Below, in pieces: positions 57,925 to 64,000 of a stretch of DNA of 64,000 nucleotides. Origin of the DNA: Chrysomallon squamiferum (Eukaryota; Animalia; Mollusca); NCBI GenBank assembly GCA_012295275.1, contig CM022675.1, positions 5,394,001 through 5,458,000 on the forward strand, written 5' to 3'. A program made the position numbers and the translations under genes. The stretch's first letter is position 1; every line of letters starts with the position of its first letter. The notes beneath the pieces are model-generated. The model ran no database searches and was not told the DNA's origin. It worked only from the letters and a program-made list of their open reading frames with translations.

Positions 57925-58062
57925 CTGTTATTTAATTTCTATTATAGTTATTTTATTGATTTATTTCATTTTATTTTGTTATTTTTTATTTCCTTTGCCA
58001 AGTTTGAAAAACAAGAGAAAATAAATTCATTCATTTATTTACTTATTTACTAGTTTCTTTAT

Positions 58063-58096
<34 letters not shown>

Positions 58097-58682
58097 CTGT
58101 GTATGAGTGTCTCTGTTGTGGGTTTCTGTGGGTTTTTCTGTTTGTGTATGTATGTGACACATTGCCCACCTCTTCAGGTGTCAGTTATCTAGCGATGCTT
58201 CGAAACTTTTTTCTCCCTGAGTTGGAACGTGTAGCCAATGTTGATGATTGTTTTTTCCACATCGGTGGTGCTCCTCCACATTATGCTAAAGCAGTTAGCG
58301 ATTTATTGAATCACACGTTCCCGGATAGATGGTTAGGTCGTCGATGACTTCTGGAATGGGCGCCACGTTTACCAGATTTGACATCTATCTGTGGGGCTTC
58401 CTGAAAAGCAAAGTCTATGCATCATAGCCCAGAAGTGCTGAAGATTTAAATGAACGTATAAGGAATGCAATCATTTTGTTACAAGGGAGATGCTGACTGG
58501 AGTTGGAGAGGAATGCTAAAAGAGGTGGGCAATGTGTCTCGAAAAAGGAGGTGCTCACGTTGAAGTCTACGGAGTCTAAGAAAACAGAAGAAGAGGGATT
58601 TTTTTCGTTATGGGACAAATTGTAGCCATCTATAGAAATTTCACGACTAATTTTGTTCAAATCCGTAAAGCCGTTTTCATTT

Positions 58683-58716
<34 letters not shown>

Positions 58717-59422
58717 GTGTGTGTGTGTGTGTGTGTGTTTGTGTGTAGGTATGTTTATACATGTGTATAGGTCTGTATGCCTTTCTATATCTGAATATGT
58801 GTGTATATGAATGTGTGTTTCTGTGCCGTGGTATGCATGTGTCTTTGTATCTCTGTGTCTGTGTGTATGTCTGTGTGTGTCTGTTATGATCATGTACTAA
58901 TTTTTATTTCTCTTCTTTTCAGAGGTAGTCACAAGAACTTGAATATAGATTTTGATACATTTCTTACTTGGGTACACCTGACTGTATGTATGTATGTATG
59001 TATGTATGTAATATGTATGTATGCAGTGAGTTATATACATGGTTTAGCTTTTAAATCTGAAAAGTTATGTATCATATACTGAGTCAGCTCTTTGTCAGTC
59101 TACCGTTGAGGCAGAAACGAAGAAGACTGTACGCCACTATTTTCAGTGGTGTTAAACAGGAAGAATGAAGTTCTAGAACACTTTTTTTTTTTTACAAAAA
59201 AACAAATTACGAAAATATACATATCAATATATGTTCACGATTTTATTTTTGTTACAAACAAGATATAAGATCTTTGGAGATAAGATGATTTGTGATAAGA
59301 AACCAACAACACGAGTTACTCTTACCTTGTAGCAAGAAAGTGGTTTTGTTCTGCACCTTCGCATAGATCACACTGGATTTGGAAATAAATTAGTCAGAGA
59401 AATATGTAATGATTTGCCTAAA

Positions 59423-59487
<65 letters not shown>

Positions 59488-59560
59488 GAAATAAATAAAA
59501 AAGAAAGAAAGAAATGTTGTTTATAGTTGAGTGAAAAAAAAGGGTCTGTCCTACCTGGAT
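56890..59560 (+). pseudogene. Dead duplicate of the gene's 3' terminal block
   Basis: Homologous to 52720-54700; tail exon at about 57295-57353 lost its AG (now AT) and GT (now GG); last exon at 58923 reads AGG TAG. Confidence 0.8.
58170..58570 (+). mobile_element. Tc1/mariner-superfamily transposase C-terminal fragment (decayed)
   Basis: FFHIGGAPPHYAKAVSDLLNHTFPDRWLGR*..WAPRLPDLT..LWGFLKSKVY..RWAMCLEKGGAHVE, matching the QDGAPPH/WPPRSPDL/LWGYLK pattern with stops and a frameshift. Confidence 0.8.
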
Positions 59561-62530
59561 TTAGGTCTGGACCAGAGCACGTTTTTTTTTTGGTATTGAA
59601 ATACATACCCGTTATAAAATTGTCAAATTTACTGTTAGAATGTCATCTGTTATTTCACAAACATTTAGCACTGGACATAGAAGAGAGACACATGATACAA
59701 AAATAACAAAGGATGTTAGTTATCACGGAATACATTTATAAATATAATGTTATTATTATGTTACAAAAATAGATTCTGAAAAGGGAAATATAATATTATT
59801 ACGTTACAAAAATAGATTCTGAAAAGGGAAATATAATATTATTACGTATAAAAAGTACACTGCGAAAAGGTAAATATCATGTTATTATAACGCTAGATAA
59901 ATACAGTGTGACGCCGTAAAAATAAACTGATTACGTTGTGAGAATATCTTGCTGTTGGGACAACTTAACTTTATTGTTAGTATTACGTGAAAACATGTTT
60001 TAATAACGAAACTAAATACCATCAAATAAATCACTACAACATTATATAGTTACGCAACGATAACAAAATACAACGTAACAATGACGTAATTGTAACGTAA
60101 TTTGATAGCTGATGTAGTATATTATACAGATAAATAAAGTTTTCACATGAAGAGATGAGAATAACTCGTTGTTTCTGTAATCTGATATTATTACACTGGC
60201 AGTTTAACAAAATGTGTCAACGCAAAAGCTGGACTAAGTGACACATGCAGTATTCTAATATTAATAACGCAAAGAAAGTGTGATAATACACAAACTTTTT
60301 GTACATTTTAAAACGTCAAAGTTTTGATATTAGCCGTGTTCTTATTTATTTATTTATTTATTTAAAAAATACAGTGTGAAAGGTTAAATAAAATTGTATT
60401 ACACTACATCATCATTATCATCATCATCTCCTTGAAACAGCCTGGATGAATACATTTTGTTTGTATAAGTGATCTGTAACGCTAATAAAGTTTCATTATT
60501 ATGTAGAGTTATCTACAACAACTACCACCACTACTACTACTGCTACCTCTATTACTACTACTACCACTGCTACCTCTACTACTACTAGTACTATTAAAAT
60601 TATTATTACTACTACTATATCTAGTAATTCTAGTCGCTACTTCTAATACTTCTACATCTGCCAGTATTACTACTTTCTCTGCTACTGCTCCTACTACTAT
60701 TACTACTTATAGCACTACTAGTACTAACAGTTGTATGCAATAATAGCAATGGTAGCAATGGTTGTTGTAGCTGAAGTACTAGCAACAGTAGTATACTAGT
60801 AGTAGTAGTAGCAACAATAGTTATAGTAGTAATAGTTGTTGTTGTAGAAGTAGTAGCAGTAGTAGTAGAATTGTAGTAGAAATAAATGCAGTAGTAGTAA
60901 TAGTAGTAGCGATAGTAGTAGTAGTTGTTGTTGTAGAAGTAGTACTAGAATTACAACAGAGATAGTAGTACTTGTTGAAGTACTGCTAGTAGTAGTAATA
61001 ACAGAGTGGTTTTAGTTCGTTTGTTCAAGTATTGATATGAAAGTTGATGGACCGTGGATCTGACACATCTCAGTGCTCCTTTTAATCATTTTCACGTTCC
61101 AACCATTACTCTTGGACAGGATTATCTAGTCCTTAGATTGTCCTTTTCTTTTTGCTGCAGTGTTCTATGACAGGCAATTAAGTTAATAACAAAATACTTT
61201 ATATGAAGTTATCATATGACATGGAATTTTCATTGCGTTACTCACAAACACACCCTGGTTTTTGTTTACAGAAAAGATTATAAGCTTCTCGTTCTAACTT
61301 TCTGCAACCTGATATAACTTATTGTCAGTTTTACGTGCTCTTGTGGTAAAACATAAAATACACTTTATGTATTTGTTTGTATCTGAAGGTGCGTGTGTCT
61401 ATATGTGTAAATATATATGTGCTTATACGTGTGTATTTATGTAAGTGTGTGTATGTATATGTGTGTGTATATGTTTGTATGTATCTGTATCTATGTATGT
61501 GTGTGTATGTGTATGTATGTATGTATATGTGTGTCTTTGTATGCGTGTACGTGTTGTTTATATATTTGCGTATGTGTGTATGGATGTATAGATATAGCTA
61601 TGTATGTATTTTAGGACTGACGTTATCTGTCTTATATACGTTTGATTAGACTCTTCAGATAGACAATATTCGAAAAGACTTATAGGCCATAGCAGAAAAT
61701 GAATTTTTTTTTTTTTTTTTTTTTTTTTTTACCTTTTGAGATTTTTCCTCCCTGCAACAGATTGATTTTGCTTCAGTCACAATTTAAAATATCTGACTGC
61801 AAATATTTTACCAATACAAAAGCAGTGCAATAAATTATACAATTTACAAATACGAGAGGTAGGGTAATAAAGAAGTCAAAAGTTCCCCATCTATTTAAAA
61901 AATTATAAAAAAATAAAATAAAATACGTCTTACATCACGAAAGTTGTGATAATTTTCTCACTTGCTAAGTTAAAAGAAAGAAAAGGCTCAGTCTCAAATT
62001 GGGTGTTTTGCGGGGTAGTTTGCTTACATTTACAGCGAGCTATTGTTAATCCTATTATCTGCACAATTTTTGTCTCGTGAAACTGCTGGAAAAATTGCTA
62101 TCTCAGAAGCGCAGTTATTGGACCGAACAATTTCGCGTGGTAAGAACTGGCTGTTTGTAAGTGTATGATATTCTAGAATTTAAAAATTTAAAAAGAAGAA
62201 AAAAAATTGCTGTTGTTACAACCACAGTATGCAATTTCCTTGGCGGAGTTCATTTGAATTCTGACATCAGTTTGCGCAGGTCGCTTGTACGAAAAGTGGA
62301 AAGAACATTTTTGTTTTCTGTATATATAAGACTTTTATTTTATTTCATTTGGAAGAAAACAAAATTAAAGGCAATAAGAAACTTTTGTTTTTGAAAAACG
62401 TTACTTTTGTTAGTTCCATATTTCGTTTCTTTTTCTTCTTTTTTTAAAATAATATTTTATTTTATTTATTTGTTTCAATATCAAAAAACAGTTCTTGGCA
62501 TAATTTGGATTTATACCACCGAACAAGAAA

Positions 62531-62546
62531 ATGATGAATTTTTCAG
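62531..62546 (+). CDS. Candidate first coding exon of the next tandem unit C
   Basis: ATGATGAATTTTTCAG|gtaagt, a paralog of 9859-9874 in duplicated context. Confidence 0.5.
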
Positions 62547-63445
62547 GTAAGTACGAACTTTATTTTACAGAATGCTTGACGTTTACGATTTTTTTATTTT
62601 TTTATTTATTTATTTATTTTTTTTTTTTTTTAAAGAAAAGAAAAATTAAGAAAGAAAAGGAAAAGTAAATACGTAAACTTTACAAGTAGTTTAATATTTT
62701 GACACTGCTTGGTGTAAAGTGTTTTAACGAACTTCAATGATTTCTCAGTGGTATTCAGATCTAGGTTTCATTACATTTGTAAGACAAATGTTTCTCAAGT
62801 GACGTGTGTGTGTGTTTCTATCTCTCCAGTGATAAAACAAATTCGTAAATAACGATATCATTTGAAGATTTGATTCGTTGTAGGAAATTTTCAAACAAAA
62901 TGAAAATCTGTTCAGGAATTACATTTTTATAGCCTTTCGTTTATAAATAAAAGTAATTTTCGTAAATGTAATTTCATCTTTTCTTTTATTTGATTAGCAT
63001 CAATTTTTTTTCCTTTCTTTCTTATTCATTTCCTATTTTTCGTGGTTTCACTTTCCATCATTTCATTTTTTTTTTTTTTTTTTTTTTTTTCATTTAAAAA
63101 TATATTTCTGGATCCTTTCTTCTTGTAATTACTTTTGATTTAATTATTATTATTATTATTATTATTATTCAAATGCGAGTTTTTAAAGGTAGTTAATGAA
63201 ATTTTAAAAATTATTCGACCGCACCCCAAAATATGGTCACATGACCAGTCTTTCCAGTCTTTCCAGTCTCGCCAGTAGATACTTGAGATCACAGTGCAGG
63301 CTGCTTCGCATGAAAATGATGACAGATTCATAGTAGTCACGATTTTGAAATCGTCTATGGTTTACAAAAGACCTCGACTTTTAACTAAATATATTTATCT
63401 AATTATTTATTACTGGAATGTTATACATATGTTGATATATAATCA

Positions 63446-63543
<98 letters not shown>

Positions 63544-64000
63544 ATATATATATATATCTATATATATATATAATTATTTCTCCATATATCATATGTTGTA
63601 ACGGGGCCCATATCATAAGATGTGTTAGTTTTCAAGTGCTAACGACCCTGTTGAAATATGGCTCGTTTCTTTTCAAGGATTAGCGCTTTTGGTGGACCCA
63701 CTGACTGTGTAATTAACAAACTGTGATGATTGATTATAATATATATATATATACTTGCATATACTACTGATATAAACTATATATAATATCAAGTATCCAC
63801 TATGAACACCAAAACAAAACACAATATTTATATTACAAATATAATTATTTATTTTACACATATATAGTTGGTATGTTCCCAAAACTGGCTGTCTCCAGAT
63901 TATGTAATCGGTGAGGTGTCATAATCCGCTTCCAGAAATGGGAAAACTGGCGTGAGCAATTAAGGCCAATTTAGATGCATGAAGAACAGAGGGGGCGATT

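Noticed and set aside
63590-64000. Possible LTR or other element start (tgtaacggggccc...) after homology with unit B ends
   Set aside because: No second LTR, primer-binding site or ORF visible within the window; cannot be supported

Overview
AT-rich, microsatellite-dense eukaryotic (metazoan, probably lophotrochozoan/mollusc-like; inferred) genomic DNA. Almost all ORFs in the supplied track are simple-repeat artefacts. The real content is a plus-strand multi-exon gene (here 'gene B', about 42 coding exons, 9859-54074, about 2,220 aa by my manual splicing). It encodes a MUC4/SUSD2-like type I membrane protein: signal peptide, furin-type propeptide (RFRR), EGF, NIDO, AMOP, VWD with GDPH, a cadherin-like linker, about 25 EGF/cbEGF modules in a 5-exon higher-order repeat, SEA, TM and a cytoplasmic tail. 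It sits in a head-to-tail tandem array with a period of about 52.7 kb: the 3' end of paralog A is at 1-4833, a dead duplicate of the last exons is at about 56.9-59.6 kb, and the promoter/first-exon region of a further unit C is at about 62.5 kb. Small indels break the frame at about 1540 (A), 31670 and 35620 (B); they may be real or assembly errors. Several EGF exon boundaries are locally duplicated into decoy splice sites. Tigger-like and Tc1/mariner-like fragments, a tRNA-like relic and several minisatellites are also present. All exon calls come from manual reading; no searches were run.
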